Assembly (NCBI RefSeq): GCF_000143415.4
Contig: NW_003314324.1
Span: 633,379 to 697,378, forward strand
Source: Selaginella moellendorffii
Taxonomy: Eukaryota; Plantae; Lycopodiophyta
Direction: 5' to 3'
Length of the DNA stretch: 64,000 nt
Positions 36,752 to 51,200 of this stretch are shown here, one piece after another. The notes under the pieces are model-generated. The model had not been told where the DNA came from. It saw only the letters and a list, made by a program, of their open reading frames with translations, and searched no databases. A program made the translations under genes and the position numbers. How positions within the stretch are numbered: the stretch's first letter is position 1; each line of letters starts with the position of its first letter.

Positions 36752-39700
36752 TGTAAGCTATAAATTTTTCCTTTCCAATTTGCCAGCTTACCTTGTCTAT
36801 CCGACCAACACTGCCTTGGCTTGTGCTAAATTCCTTCGCCAAGGTTCTCGCCTATTGTACCAGCTCCTCCTTGGTCCTACTTGGTTTCAGCTACTCACTG
36901 CACGAGCAACGGAGAGTTAGCCTTCCATCCACGGATTCCCAAATCTCTCCCAATCCCCCTCCTCGGGTTAGACTGGACTTAAGGTTCAGTTACACTCCCC
37001 GCAGGCACAAGCAGCCAAGCACACCAAGCCTCCAGGTTCCTAACACCCCTTGGTACCACAAGGCTTGATCATGGGACCCTCTAAATCCCAAGCCTTGGGT
37101 GCAACACTTGCTTCGGGATATCGGAGCGAAACACCATGGCCTAACGGCCCGGTATGGGTACCTCTACCCCCCCACTTCCATCCCGAAGGGAAGGCCCAAG
37201 CCCCTAGGAAGGGCGAGGACCAATGAGCCACAAGGTACTCAAGTGGGGCACCACTCCACATGAGCCAGGAACACCGCAGTCGGTTTCTCTTTCGGGAGTG
37301 GGAGCTGCTCTTGAACACTTCCTTGGGTGGCCCCTCCAGCACCACCCAAGCCCATGCTCACTCCCACCCAAGGCCCCTCAGCCCCAGTCTCAACCTCAAG
37401 TCAATTTGGAAGCACCACTAGAGAGTTCCTTCAAGACTGGTTCCTAGACCTCACTATCCCTACTATACTTTTGGAACCCCCTGCAGCCCCCGCCCCCCAA
37501 GAAACTTTACCTCTTGTTGAGCAAAGTCACATTTTCTTTCTTTAGCATACAGTTTGTGTTCCCTTAGTTTCTCAAACACCTTCGCCAAGTGTTCGGCATG
37601 CTCCTCTAGCGTCTCGCTATAGTCAGGATGTCGTCGATATAGATGACCACGAAGTGATCCAGATAGGGTACAAAGATGTGGTTCATCAGCACTGAAAACG
37701 TTGCCGGCGCATTACATAGCCCGAAGGGCATCACCAGAAACTCAAAGCTCCCATACCTCGTTCGACAGGTTGTCTTCTCGACATCTTCCTTGGCTACCCT
37801 GATCTAGTAGTATCCTGACCTTAGGTCAATTCTCAAGAAGTATTTTGCCTTTCCCAACCTATCAAACAGGTCCTCAATCCTTGGCAAAGGGTACTTGTTC
37901 TTCTTTGTATACTTGTTGAGCAACCGGTAGTCTATGCACATGCGCATAGATCCATCTTTCTTTTTCACAAATAGCACCGGTGCCCCATACGGCAACTTGC
38001 TCAACTTAACATACCCTTTGTCCACCAACTCCTCTAGTTGGCACTTGAGCTCCTTGAGTTCTTTTTCGTTCAAACGATAGGGGGGACGAACCATCGCCTC
38101 AGCACCCTCGACCAGCTCAATCTTATGTTCTATCGGTCGTGCGGGGGGCAACCCCACCGGTAGCTCCTCTGGCATGGTATTCTGGAATTGGTCCAACACC
38201 CGCTGGATCATTAAAGGTACTTCTTCTGTTCCTGTCTTTTTGTCACTCTTCACTGAGAGTAAGCACAAAAATCCTGCCTTGGTTCCTTTAGTGAGTTGTC
38301 CTCTCGTGGACACCAGGTTTAAGCATGAATCTTTGGCCTTGCTTTGCCCTACCTTTAGATCCTGGGCCTCCACCCTAGATCTTCTTCTTTGGGCATTCGC
38401 CAGTACCACAAGGTTTCTACCTTGTCCATGCAGGGCTACCATGAACCGATTGAACCAATCCATTCCGAAGATCACGTCAAATCCCGCCATGTCCAACACG
38501 GTGAAATCCATGTCCACCTTCTAAGTCCCCACTTCGACTCTCGCTTGTCGAAGTACCTCATCGGTGCTTTGGCTACTTTGAACAAACTCTATAGTCCTTG
38601 GTTTGCCTAGCCGCTGCACCATTAGTCTGGCTTGCCGGACTATGTCTGCAGCCACAAAATTATCCGAAGCACCCGTGTCAATAAGGATCTTAACAAAGCT
38701 ACCTTCGAGCTTCCCCCGGAGGGCTAGTAGATGTCGCGAACGACTCTCTACCAAAGTTGCTCGTGTAATGAGTAACTTTGAGTTAGGGACTGGATCACAT
38801 ACCTCAGTTTGGACTTCACCCGACTTGATGGCCATATTGGCTCTGGCCTTCTTCGGGTAGGGACATTCCCTCGAAAAGTGTCCCGCTTCACCGCAGTTGT
38901 AGCATATGTTGTTTCCCACGCTGCTATACGACTTGACCTTTTTATCCATGGGTTTGTCTCTTTTCACTTGACTCCCCCATGTACTCGCTCGCTGGCCACC
39001 AGATTTGCCTTTTTGGAACCCTGAGGATTCATTCTTAGAGAAACTCTTCTTGAATTTCCCTCAGCTATACGTTCCCCTTGGTTTGGCCCCTTTGCTAAAT
39101 GTGGACCCCGACCCCATCGTGTTTCCCTTTTGCAGGTTATTGTTGAAGTGCACCTTGATGGCCGCATCCAACACTTCCTTGTAGTTGGTCGGGTTCCACT
39201 GCATCACCTCACCGCGAGCCCAGGTTTGCAAACCTGATATGAAGGCATGGAACGCGTCCATATCCCCCATGTCCGTGACAAGTATTCTTTTTCCCATAAA
39301 CCCATTCACATACTCCTGAATGGTTCCGGTTTGCTTCAGCTTACTCAGCTCATCTCTTAGATGCAGAGTAGCATTCGAAGGAACGTAAGTCGTGCGGATC
39401 CTCACCTTCATCATTTCCCAAGTGGCCACCGGTCCTTCATTGGCCTCTGTCATTCTCCACCAAGACTTGGCATTATTTTCCAAGTATGGTTTTGCACATA
39501 GGACCTTCTCCGAGCTTGGTAACCGCAACGCTCGGAAGTAGTCTTCCATATCATAAAACCAGTCCTCCACCACCTTATAGTCATTTACTCCCTTGAAGAC
39601 CGGTGGGGGCTTTGGTTTGTACTTGGGAACTTCCTGAGGGACTGATTCTACTTCGGTTTGTTCGACCTTGTTTGGTTCTGCCTCAGTCCCTACCGAAGGG

Positions 39701-41060
39701 TCCGCACCCTCTGCGCTGCCAGCATCCGCAGTCTTTTGCTTTTTCTTCCGCTTCTCGTCACACTTTAACTTGCGTACAAGAGTCTCTAGTAGGGCATTGG
39801 TTTGTGCCAATTGTCCTTCTAGAACGTTCAATCAAGCCTTGGATGACCAAACTTCGCCACCAGACTCCTGTTTGGAAGTTGCCTCACTAGAGTCCTCCTC
39901 ATGCAAGGATTCCTCATCCATAGCTTTTTGTTCGATCGGAGGCTCCAGCTCTAGAGGAGGTTTCGTCTCCGCTTGGGTTCGCTTACGTCCTGCCCTTGCC
40001 ATCTCCCAGTAATCCGCCTCTATCCTTTGCTAGAACTGAGGAAGAGGCTCCAATACCAAATTGTAAGCCACAAATTTTTCCTTTCCAATTTGCCAGCTTA
40101 CCTCGTCTATCCGACCAACACTGCCTTGGCTTGTGCTAAGTTCCCTTGCCAAGGTTCTCGCCTATTGTACCAGCTCCTCCTTGGTCCTACTTAGTTTCAG
40201 CTACTCACTGCACGAGCAACGGAGAGTTAGCCTTCCGTCCACGGATTCCCAAATCTCTCCCAATCCCCCTCCCCGGGTTAGACTAGACTTAAGGTTCGGC
40301 TACACTCCCCGCAGGCACAAGCAACCAAACACACCAAGCCTCCAGGTTCCTAACACCCCTTGGTACCACAAGGCTTGATCATGGGACCCTCTAAATCCCA
40401 AGCCTTGGGTGCAACACTTGCTTCGGGACATCGGGGCGAAACACCATGGCCTAACAGCCCGGTATGGGTACCTCTACCCCCCCACTTCCATCCCGAAGGG
40501 AAGGCCCAAGCCCCTAGGAAGGGCGAGGATCAATGAGCCACAAGGTACTCAAGTGGGGCACCACTCCACATGAGTCGGGAGCATCGCAGTTGGTTTCCCT
40601 TTCGGGAGTGGGAGCTGCTCTTGAACACTTCCCTGGGTGGCCCCTTTGGCACCACCCAAGCCCATGCTCACTCCCACCCAAGGCCCCTCGGCCCCAATCT
40701 CAACCTCAAGTCAGTTTGGAAGCACCACTAGAGATAGAGAGTTCCTTCAAGACTGGTTCCTAGACCTCACTATCCCTANNNNNNNNNNNNNNNNNNNNNN
40801 NNNNNNNNNNNNNNNNNNNNNNNNNNNNNNNNNNNNNNNNNNNNNNNNNNNNNNNNNNNNNNNNNNNNNNNNNNNNNNGTCTCGAACTCGGTCTCCGATT
40901 CGGTCTCGGACTCGATCCTGGACTCTATCTCGAACTCGGTCTCAGAGTCGGTCTTGGACTCGATCTTTGACTCGGTCCCATCTGATGAACTCTTTGTCAT
41001 TTCGGTCATGCTTTTGGGGATACTTTAGCCTACGACATCTCGGGGAGTCGGTTCCTTACA
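36752..41060 (-). mobile_element. Ty3/Gypsy LTR retrotransposon with internal deletion (RNaseH, integrase and part of the 3' LTR lost); 5' LTR 40062-41060 contains an N gap
   Basis: TGTAAG...TTACA termini, TSD CCTTG (36747-36751, 41061-41065), PBS TGGTATTGGAGC at about 40047-40058, LTR copies at 36752-37500 and 40062-41060. Confidence 0.92.
37510..39831 (-). pseudogene. gag-pol remnant: Gag, CCHC zinc knuckle, aspartic protease, N-terminal RT
   Basis: LENNAKSWW...LKQTGTIQEY (Retrotrans_gag), [59 protein letters not shown]. In-frame stops and frameshifts. Confidence 0.93.
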
Positions 41061-41778
41061 CCTTGTTCCTAGTATCTTCCTTCTTCTAATGCTAATGCTT
41101 TTGAAGACTACTCTATAGCATGCATCAAATCTAATAAATATGTTTTATACAAATTTATCTTCCCTTTCCCTGCCTCAAAATAATACTAGCTCCAGTGCTT
41201 ACTCTTGGAGAGATTCATAATTGGGGTGTATATGAAGGGTGCAGACCATACTTGAGCTCACGAGTTCAAGAGTTGAGCTCATGAGTTGAGCTTAATTTTC
41301 AATTGTAATTTAGTACAAACATTATAAATTTTAAAATTTTAAGGTTATGGCGAACCTAATAATTTAATAACTCTATATATATTATATAGATAAAAATGTT
41401 CTAAAGAACATTTTTTGTTCGAATAATTTAAATATTTACTACATGTAATAATAGGGATATTTGTTAGAACATAAAATAAAATGTTTGCAAAAAAATTATT
41501 CTTGTCACTTCTTTAAATTTGTACTCTATGTTTTCTAGCTAGTAAATGTCAGGTTTGTCAGAATTTAAAAAATTATTAAATTTGAAATAAGATTCTATAT
41601 AAAGCCATATAACTGTTTGAAAGAAAAAAAAAATAACCGTTGATGTAAGCTTATTGCATATAAAAGAAAAACTTGGTTCTTTTTAGAATACATTCTTGAG
41701 GGGTTTGTTATAACATACTATCTAGAATTTATAGATCTTCATTCACACTCTCATTCGAAAAAAGGGAAATACACACAA

Positions 41779-42231
41779 ATGTCTATGGGTTTTAGTGTTG
41801 GTAATTTTAACTCTCACAATCTTTCTTCCCAGGGTTCAAGGGCTAGGAGATGCAATAATTATCCCATTGCACCGCATAACCAAATTACACAAGAGAATGA
41901 AAGAGAGGATAGTAAGGATAGTGATCATGAGTTAGAGATAAATGCAATGACAGAGGGTGCAACAAATTGGGTGAAAAAGAATGCCCTCTTACTTGTTTTA
42001 GAAAAGTGCAATTCTGCCTCTTTCAAAAAGTGCCCCATATGTTTTCTAGCCTCTGGTGAAAACAATAGCAATGATCAGTATAATGATATATATGCTCTTG
42101 TGACACACTGCAACATCACGCACCCGAAAGACTACCATGAAATTGTTTTTGAGATAGTAAAGATAGAAATGGAGACACATGAGTACTATGGGCAGTATTG
42201 CGAAAAGAACACTCAAAAGTATATAAAATGA
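41779..42231 (+). CDS. Small protein with a CxxC...H...H zinc-finger-like motif (zf-XS-like), function uncertain
   Basis: 150-aa ORF with KKCPICF...YNDIYALVTHCNITHPKDYHEIVFEIV in an AT-rich region. Decayed paralogue at about 35.9 kb. Confidence 0.45.
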   Translation: MSMGFSVGNFNSHNLSSQGSRARRCNNYPIAPHNQITQENEREDSKDSDHELEINAMTEGATNWVKKNALLLVLEKCNSASFKKCPICFLASGENNSNDQYNDIYALVTHCNITHPKDYHEIVFEIVKIEMETHEYYGQYCEKNTQKYIK

Positions 42232-43704
42232 AAAGTGATATGAAAAAGCACATTTTTATTAATTATATAAAGTATAATAAGTTTTATTGATAGAGAATAA
42301 ACATCGATAGTGTTGGAGAAATCTAATTAGCTCCAAAAGTTTTCTACAACTCAGCAATAGTAAGGCTTGTTTGGTGTATATGAATATTCACTTTAGGATC
42401 CTAGTGCAAGATGTTGATGAAGATGTAGTACATATGCTTGCAAGGAGCATATGCCTTCCCATGTTCCTCGCGCTTCGTCAAGTCTGGACATGTAAAAAGG
42501 AAAGTCGTGAATGGCAATTGTGTACTCTCCACCTTCTGTTTTGACTATGTACTCCTTTGCAAGCGCAGTGATGTATTTCGTGGAGAAAATCTCACACTCA
42601 AGTGTTTAAGGTTTAAGGCCCATTGAGCATTATGATCAACCATATTCTTCCACTTTAATAATGAAGTAATTATTATATAATCACCTTTTAATAATGTTTG
42701 AGAACTATACAAATATCCATGAAGCTTCTCAAAACTCTAAGCTATTAATAAACACTTCTTTATTGTGGAGTAGTTCACTTCTACTAATTGTAATATAAAG
42801 CTAATGTTTACAATGGGATGGCACTAACTAGGAACACTCAGGCTCTTTTGCATCAACACACCTCCAAGATTAATATCAGAAACATCCATACACGAAATGA
42901 AAGGTTGAGTGTAATCAGGATATGTTAAAACTGAATAACACTTGCAATAGTGCAATACCATTAGAAAGATGATCAACAAAACAATTGAGATATTACACTT
43001 TACCTAAGAAGTGTTACATATCATTCACACACTTCAAAGTAGAGAACTTTATATAAAGTAACCAAAGATAATGACTTAAGAGACAATATATAGGGTTTAA
43101 ATACAAAAAATCTTACATTTGGGTATAGTTTGAACAATGTTTTAATAACTTTCTCTTAACCAATTGGAAAGTTTTGTTTATAAGCACTTCTCAACTTGGT
43201 GAACTAATGACTTTTCTTAAGACAATCCAAGAAATTAACAATATGAGGAAGATGGTACATATTTAGGATAATCACCTTGTTTAAGAATGATAGTCAATGT
43301 AGAAGTGAAAACTCTTATTAACTTTGTCACAAAATGAAGTTCACACACCCAAGGACTTTAAGACTTTCGACTAACACCCTTTTTTAACATTTTTTTGATG
43401 TTCATATGTAAAATCTTGATTTCCTTTAGTGATTGATGCCGACTAATAACCTTTATTGAACAAGTGTCCCCAATTGAAATAGGATGACATGTTGCAATTT
43501 TGGCCTCAAACAACAAATCAAAGGTGAAGAGATTAGCATACTCTTTTTTGAGTCAATTTATTGTTGTGATACAAAAATTATCAAAGGGATCTAAAGAGGG
43601 AACAAAGGAGCAAAATGAAAACATAATAGAAAGTAATAAAGAGAAAAAAAAGTGATGGAAGCAGAAGTAAAAGCAAAAGGATGAAAGGGAATAGAAGTGA
43701 AAGG

Positions 43705-45334
43705 TGTGAGACATAAATCCCTAAGCCTTAAAGTGAACCAGAAAGGGTGTTATATGGTAATGGTTGAAATAGAAGTCCAACAAACATAACATGTTTGAAC
43801 CAAAGGCTCTAACTTGGAAAGTCGAAAGTGGGAGTGAAACTTGGAATAAAGTGATTAAGGGATGAGCATGAAGCAATTGATGAATGAGTCTCTAAAAAGG
43901 GACATAAAAAGGACTAACACATGGTAAGTGTTGTGATATATAAAAGTGTCAAGAACGAGTTTGAGAAGGAATTTGAGATGGAGTTTGATATGGACATGAA
44001 ATGGACCTAATATGGACCCGAGATGGAGTCTAAGATGGATCCAAGATAGAGTATAAAATGGACCCAAGGGGGAATATAAGATGGACTCGAGATGGAATCC
44101 AAGATGGACCTGAGATGGAGTCCGAAGTCGAGTCCGAGATAGACCCGATATGGAGTTCGAGATGGATTTGAGATGGAGTCCGAGGTTGAGACCAAGACCG
44201 AGATCGAGACCAAGTCTGAGTTCGAGCCCGAGTCCGAGTTTGAGTCCAAATCCGAGTCCTAATTCTGGTTTATTGGATGATAACTTACTTGGAATACTTT
44301 TGTGTTCTAATCTAACATTTATTTACTGATAATTTAGTCTTTGAGTCCAATGGTGAAAGACCAAAGTGATTGTCTTTTAGACCTTGGGGAGTTTGGTGAG
44401 CTCTAAAAGTATAGTAGGGGGAGTGGAGCCAATTTGGCCAAGAAATATCAGTGTGACTAAAGAAGGTTATACCCACATTGTTGGGTGAGGATACATTCAC
44501 TAAAGAGTCCAATGCTAGAGTGAATATGGACAGACAAAAGGGGTAATTTGTTGAAGTGTTTAAGAATTAGTTCTAGCTTCCTTGGAAGATCAAATGGTCG
44601 ATGCTCCCAATGCAAGTGTGGGTGGCACTACCTACTTGGATACTTGGCATGGCTTATTAGAATCTTGTTATAGCCACATGGCTAGGGCACCTCAAGGTGG
44701 AAGTTGGGGAGAGTACTTATGAGGCTCGTATAAGGCCATAGTGTTTCGAAATGTTGTCCTAAAGTCCCAGACTATGAAAGGAAAAGGAGCATTCCTCTTG
44801 TGTAGTGACTAAGGATATAGCTACATGCTGAGAAAGTCCTAGAAGTTAGTGAGACTTAGTGGTCAGGCCTTCAGATCTTAACCCAATAACAATGTTGGCG
44901 AGTATAGCCATGGATAAGGACTTGGTGGGAACTAAAGAAGGGACATTGGGGAAGGGTGTTCCTTATATCTTTAAGCATTCTAAAGATGCTAACATGTGGT
45001 CATGGGATGACCACTCATGGATATATGGCTCAATTTTTAAAAAACGGGACTATAATGTAGGTGGTTTTGGACCACCGGTGTGACAAATATGAATGGGTAT
45101 AGCCTTAGCATAATAGGCTAATATATTAATGGTATCTTTGGGTGTTGGTTATGAAATTGGACATGTGGAGCACTTGGACTAAGTGCAAAGGTTGAGTGGC
45201 TTAGATGCCATTCTCAGGGCTAATATGTCCCCAAATCATAAATAAGACTTATAGAGGTCATGAGTGAGACTCCTCTATGTGGTTAAAAGTGTGGTTAAGT
45301 GACTAAATTAGAATGGAAAATTATATCACTTATA
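43705..45334 (+). mobile_element. Old solo LTR of the 22.7-32.4 kb family
   Basis: Starts TGTGAGACA, ends ...CACTTATA (CA>TA), TSD AAAGG, same hexamer arrays, heavy C>T/G>A decay. Confidence 0.88.
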
Positions 45335-48210
45335 AAAGGAATAGAAGAAATATGAGGAATTATGATATAAAGCTTCAAAGTCATACTTGTTGTGTTGCAA
45401 CCAATTTATACCAAGAATAAAGTCAAAAGCTTGACTCAACACCACTTGCAATGATTGAAGTTCAAGCTTCAAATCTTCCACATGCATAACTAGATTTGCC
45501 TCATCCCATGCATATATATATGTACAGCCATCATCATAAAGAATGAAGACTTGGCTTTACCGCATGACATAACTATACCTAGTAATGTGTGGCAACAAGC
45601 TGAGCAATAAAAGATAAACTTGAGCTTGTATTAACTAACACAGTGAAAATAATATAAAACCTCTTGTTATAAAATCAAAGTTGGAAAATAAATACTAGAT
45701 GAACTAGTGCTAAGTGAATCCCTTGGTAGTATTCTTGAAAGAAAAATGGAGGGGTTACTAAATTATTCATGTAAGGATCCTCCACTACTTGCACAACTTC
45801 TTGTTTCCTAGAAAAATCTTTATGTCAAGACCTTCCACTACATCAGCACTAATAAGATATTGTTGATACCAAAGCCCCCATTCAAGAAATGAAGGATGCC
45901 AATTTAGAAAATGCCAATAATGCTGATACATATGAGCAACCTCATCACATGCTTAACAATGGACATTACTGCCACAACCACGTCCTTGCCCTTGTCTTTA
46001 AAAATGAGCAATAATAGCATCAACCTCCACAGAATATGACCATTTCCAATAGGAAGTGGAGCTATAAAATATGTAATGAGAAGTGGAAAAAATGATGTCT
46101 CATAATGTTGTGATAGTAGAAAAATATTGTAAAGGGTGGTTGAAGCAAATGTATGCACAAGTCCCACAAGATTTTGACAAAGTGCTAGTTATAAAATTCC
46201 CAATTTGATTTGACATATTTAGCTCCACACGCTTCGGAAGCAAACACTAAATTGCATCATTAACTCAAATGGCCCTTGACAAAGATAATGCAATTGCTAA
46301 AATGCATCATTATAATCATTAGCATATCCAAATGTGTGATTAAAGATATTTGAGAAAATGTTCCAATCTGTAAGCCACAAAATTTTCCTTTCCAATTTGC
46401 CAGCTTATCTCGTCTATCCGACCAACACTGCCTTGGCTTGTGCTAAATTCCCTCGCTAAGGTTCCCGCCTATTGTATCAGCTCCTACTTGGTCTTACTTG
46501 GTTTTAGCTACTCACTGCACGAGCAACGGAGCGTTAGCCATCCATCTACGGATTCCCAAATCTCTCCCAATCCCCCTTCATGCTCTATTTCGTTAAAGTG
46601 GGATTTATTCAGTAAAATGGGACTAAGTACAAACTTTCAAGTATTTGAAAATGACGTGAAATTATATGTTTTTTGTCCAGGGGCTAGACATATCTGGGGC
46701 ATAGTGACTAGCGCGGTGACTTTGTGTCCAGACTGAGTCCATCTGGTTGTATAATAAATCTCATTGTCAAGGTGAACAAGCTGAATCTGAAGCTAAAGAA
46801 GAGCGATGGCATGCGCGCACACATTATTTGTTTGTTCATTGAGCGTGTGGTGAGCTTTCCAAGATGAACGTCATTCCTATTAACCAGACATATAACTTAA
46901 TGGTGAGAACATTTAGATATTATTCAATGTTATCTTTTTCTAACGAATCTAATTGTGAAGGTGTAGCAAGAGGCATTGCTAGTCTGGAGAAGTCATTTAA
47001 CTCATTTGACCCTTAGTGTATTTTCATGAAACTAAATAACATTCATATTATTAAGGAATTTCTCTAGTACCTTTTTTTTACGACATAGAAGCTTGCATTT
47101 CTTTCAAAGGTGATTTAGTAAAAGGCCTAAGGGCACATGCCATTCTATTTCTCAGACTGGTATTAAGATATACTAGTGCAAAGGGAAAAAGGTATTTGGT
47201 GATCAAGTAAATGGCATGAGGGCACATGCCATTATAAGCCTAAGCGCTAGTGGACACCTCCTTTTTGGTACTCTCAGCGGTACTATCATCCTTCTCCGGG
47301 TCAGTTGTTTTGCTTTGGATTGTTGTCTCTGACGTTACTAGGGCGTTCTCGATAGTTGTTAATGTTGCCGTTTGTTCAGAAAAATGATCACTTGGAGTAT
47401 AGTACGGGGAGTTTGGAAGACTTATATATTCTACATCTTCACCTATCTCCTTCTCCGTCTCCTTTTCTGCCTCACTTACAGATTTTGTGCTTGCCATGAG
47501 AACGCTCTTCACCCTAAAATATGGAGTTCGTTGTGTTATAAAAGAAAACCAACACACATGCTGCAAGGGAATGATAGTACATAAAGCACGTAAGCCCACA
47601 ATATGGGTTTATATGCCATTAATATGGGCCACACGCCATATTATTAGATTTATGCACGTGTGATTGGTAAATGCATATGTCACATCATCTTTGTTTTACC
47701 TCACACACTATATCAGGCCTAATGAACCATATCACATGTGCACACATGCTATATATATGGAGAAGTATTATGCAAGGATAGAAAAATTCAATGCATGATT
47801 GTGGAGAGCAATGGCATGAAGCCACATGCTAAATAACATTTTAGAGAAATAATTAAAATAAAAACATGCAAATAGTACTGAGTGGACCAAGACTTAGAAG
47901 TGCACAATTGAATGAGGTATTTCTAATAAATATTTCACTCACCTCATATAGGAATGGCTACCACTCTCAAATGGCGTATCGCCTCATGCCATCACCTCGC
48001 AATTTGTTATAACAATCCGATGAATTCATATTCGGCTTGTTCACCTTGAACTTTAAGTAAGATTTGCTAGAAAAACTAAGAATTTATACTTGTTATTTGT
48101 ATCATCTCACCTAGGAATGGCGTAAGGCCATATGCCATCACGCCTCCTCTGATTCAGATTCGGATTGTTCACCTTGAAATAAAATACATTAGAAACTTAG
48201 TAAAGGAATA

Positions 48211-51200
48211 TTAATGAATCTCACCTTGAACCCGGGTTATGAATGCTCTTGCTGCATCTCTTGCATGGTCTGGCAAGGTGATGGTGGCACTCTGCTTCCG
48301 CATCCAACCATACACAACATTATCCATCGATATGCTCATGCTGGGATCCCTTGGATTCAGCACCCATCTCTTTTCTAGGCAATCCTTCGTATATCCAGAA
48401 CTTGGCTTGAACCACTCCACAGTTACATTGAAGGAGTTAGTTTCCGCGTCCTCCTCTGCATCAGTGATGCAGCACCCCACCCATATCATTTGTTTTTTAT
48501 TACTGGGTCTGACAAGCACGACCATTCCTTTGCAGACCTGTACTGGATTGAATGCTGAATCCGGCTTCTTGTTCCTCGGCCCACAATAGTGATCCTCAAC
48601 ATCGTTATCTATCACTGCATTTCCAGAGGACATTGTTCCGCTACTATCTGGTGCTCTGGGTTCTGGCCAAAAGGACTCTTCCAATTCTTCATATACAACC
48701 GGCCCATTTTGGATAGCAGATATAATCTTCTCCTAGTATTCGAGCAAAGGCTTGCACCTCTTAAAATAGGATTCTCCACCAAACACCAACCCCCTCTTCC
48801 AGAAGGCAATATGCTGTCTAATCCCGGCCACTATACTTTCCTGGTCTTTGAGTCCATCCGGGTGCATCGGCCGTGGGGAACCCTGAGGAATCATAGGTTC
48901 CCCAGTTATGGGATCTCTCTTGAAGAGTTCAATGCCGTCCACTGGCAGCCACACTGTGTCCCATTCTCTCATCTTGTACCTCATCACTGGAGCACCGTCA
49001 CGCATGTTGAAATGAAACTGAAGAGGCTTGGAGTGGCCAATCAGCGTTTCGGATCCGTCCCTGATGTAGCCTTTTACAAACCCCTTAAAGTCTGGAACCT
49101 CTGTCACAAGTGCAACTTCAACAGTGCTTTTGATGCAATTTTGGAATTCATCGTAGAGTTGTGGGAGGGTGAGGATATTGGATCGCCGGAGGGACTCTGC
49201 CAGGTGACTGAACATGGCATCGACGTCTTCATGAGTGTGCCCAACCATGAGAAAGCCAAGTGTAACCATGTCAAATATGCCTTTGGTAACAAGCATCGCC
49301 AAGTACGCGAAGATGTACATGTTGTTGTTGTCACTGCCAGCATTGTCTGTTTGGAGCAGAAGATGGGGTGGAAGGCCACATCGGCCGTAAGAACTTCCTT
49401 GAGATTCTGCTTCGTTTGGATGAGGCTGTGCATTCACCGGGCGACCAGCCTCGTCAGAATGGCATGAGGCCTCACGTGATAACCCTACAATCTGACGGCC
49501 AACATATTCACTGGGATGGCATGGGGCCCCACGCGATACTGCAAGCCTTTGCTCCTCCTCCAGCTGAACCCTGTATGGGGTTCGATCGACAAGGGCCTTA
49601 TGCAAGGGTTGGCCGTTCAACTCAGTCTGCACACTTTGCAGAGACCTTAAGTGTTTTGCTAGGGACGCAATCATCATGTTTGCACCCCCACCACCCCATA
49701 GAGGTACAAAGAAGTTTGAATAGTTATGGGCACTATGCCCATGAGCGATTATGCCAAACAGAGACACAGGCAGCTGCATGGATGAAGAGATTGCCTTGGG
49801 GGCAGGATTGAGTCGAGGTAAGCACGTCTTTTTCTGGTCCATTTTGTCGTGGATGATGCAGAGGTAAGAGTCAGGTCTCTCCATGGAGAGAATCCTGTTA
49901 TGATAATATGCAGTACTGCAGCTTCTCTGCTCGATGTTGTGGTCGAGCCGCCTTCTAACCAACGTCTCTCGCTCTTGAGCGCTGCAAGAATTCTTCGACA
50001 AAGCCATTTTGATAGCAGTGCACTCGTCACACTTTGAAAAGCTGGAGTACTTTCCTATACTCACATCCCTGAACCTGTTGCTCCACAATCTACTAAATCT
50101 AGATTGGCTCAGCTTCCTGTAGCCATTACTCTAGAGTTCCCGATTCACATTTTCCAATATGGCCCCCTTGGTATACATGGAAGGGAGAACTCGTTGGGTG
50201 TCTCGTGTTCCATCTTCCAAGAGGCGGGTTTTATGTGGTTGCTGCTCGCTACATGTCTCGACAAACCTCTTGAAGATTGCCTCTCCATATACAACATGAC
50301 CCCTGGTTTTGTGCGTACCATCGTTCCCATGGACTGCCTGTTGAACCCTTTGTTCCTCGAACTCAGTTTTGATTCTGTAGAATGTGGTTCGAGGGACTCC
50401 ATAAATGATTCTCCATGCCTTCATGCAGACCAAACCCCTCTGGAAGACCATGCCCCCCACCTGATGTTCTGAAGCATCAACAGATGACCATAATGCCTCA
50501 TACACAAAATTGCGAGCTGCCTTCCAGGACAATGTCTTGTATCTTGCTCTCTCCTCTTCAATAGCATCCCAATCAGCATGTTGACAGCACCTCCTCTTGC
50601 AACAAGCAACTGTCGAGACCATTCGAACCTCCATCGCCATTTTCTGCCTTTTCGGTTCGTTGCTCAGATCCCTTTGGCTGCGCTTTAGGAAGGTGTACTT
50701 TCTTTTCCCATGAAGAGATGTTCTGTCATCAGTTGTAGTGGTGTTTGATTGTGAATCCTTCACATTCTCAAACACTAAGTGCCTCAATTTCCACCGCACA
50801 ATGCTTCCAATAGTCAGACTGTTTTCTTCTATGTCAACAACCTCTAAAATCGCAACTCCAATATCATCCCAGCCCAATTCTTGATTAGCAACCGCATCTC
50901 TTGGATCGACAACTGTGGCTAAGCCCTCAGCTACCACCTCCCCCTCGAGGTTGTTTAGAAACACCTTTGCTTGAATCTATGTAGCACGGTTCTTAAGATC
51001 CACGGAGGGAACATGCGTCGCACTTGCGCTATCCCCAACATCTGCTTTCTTCTGAAGATTTTTCAAGGCAACAACAACATTTACCCCGACGACCATCTCT
51101 CCTCGTTCAATAGCGACCACATTCCCATCGAAGACAGTCTCTACTGATACAGCAACATTGCCTTCCCCAAGCCTTTAACAGTGTATAACAAAGTTCCGAT

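Noticed and set aside
48589-49467. 292-aa plus-strand ORF
   Set aside because: Antisense shadow of the transposase, with no recognisable motifs.
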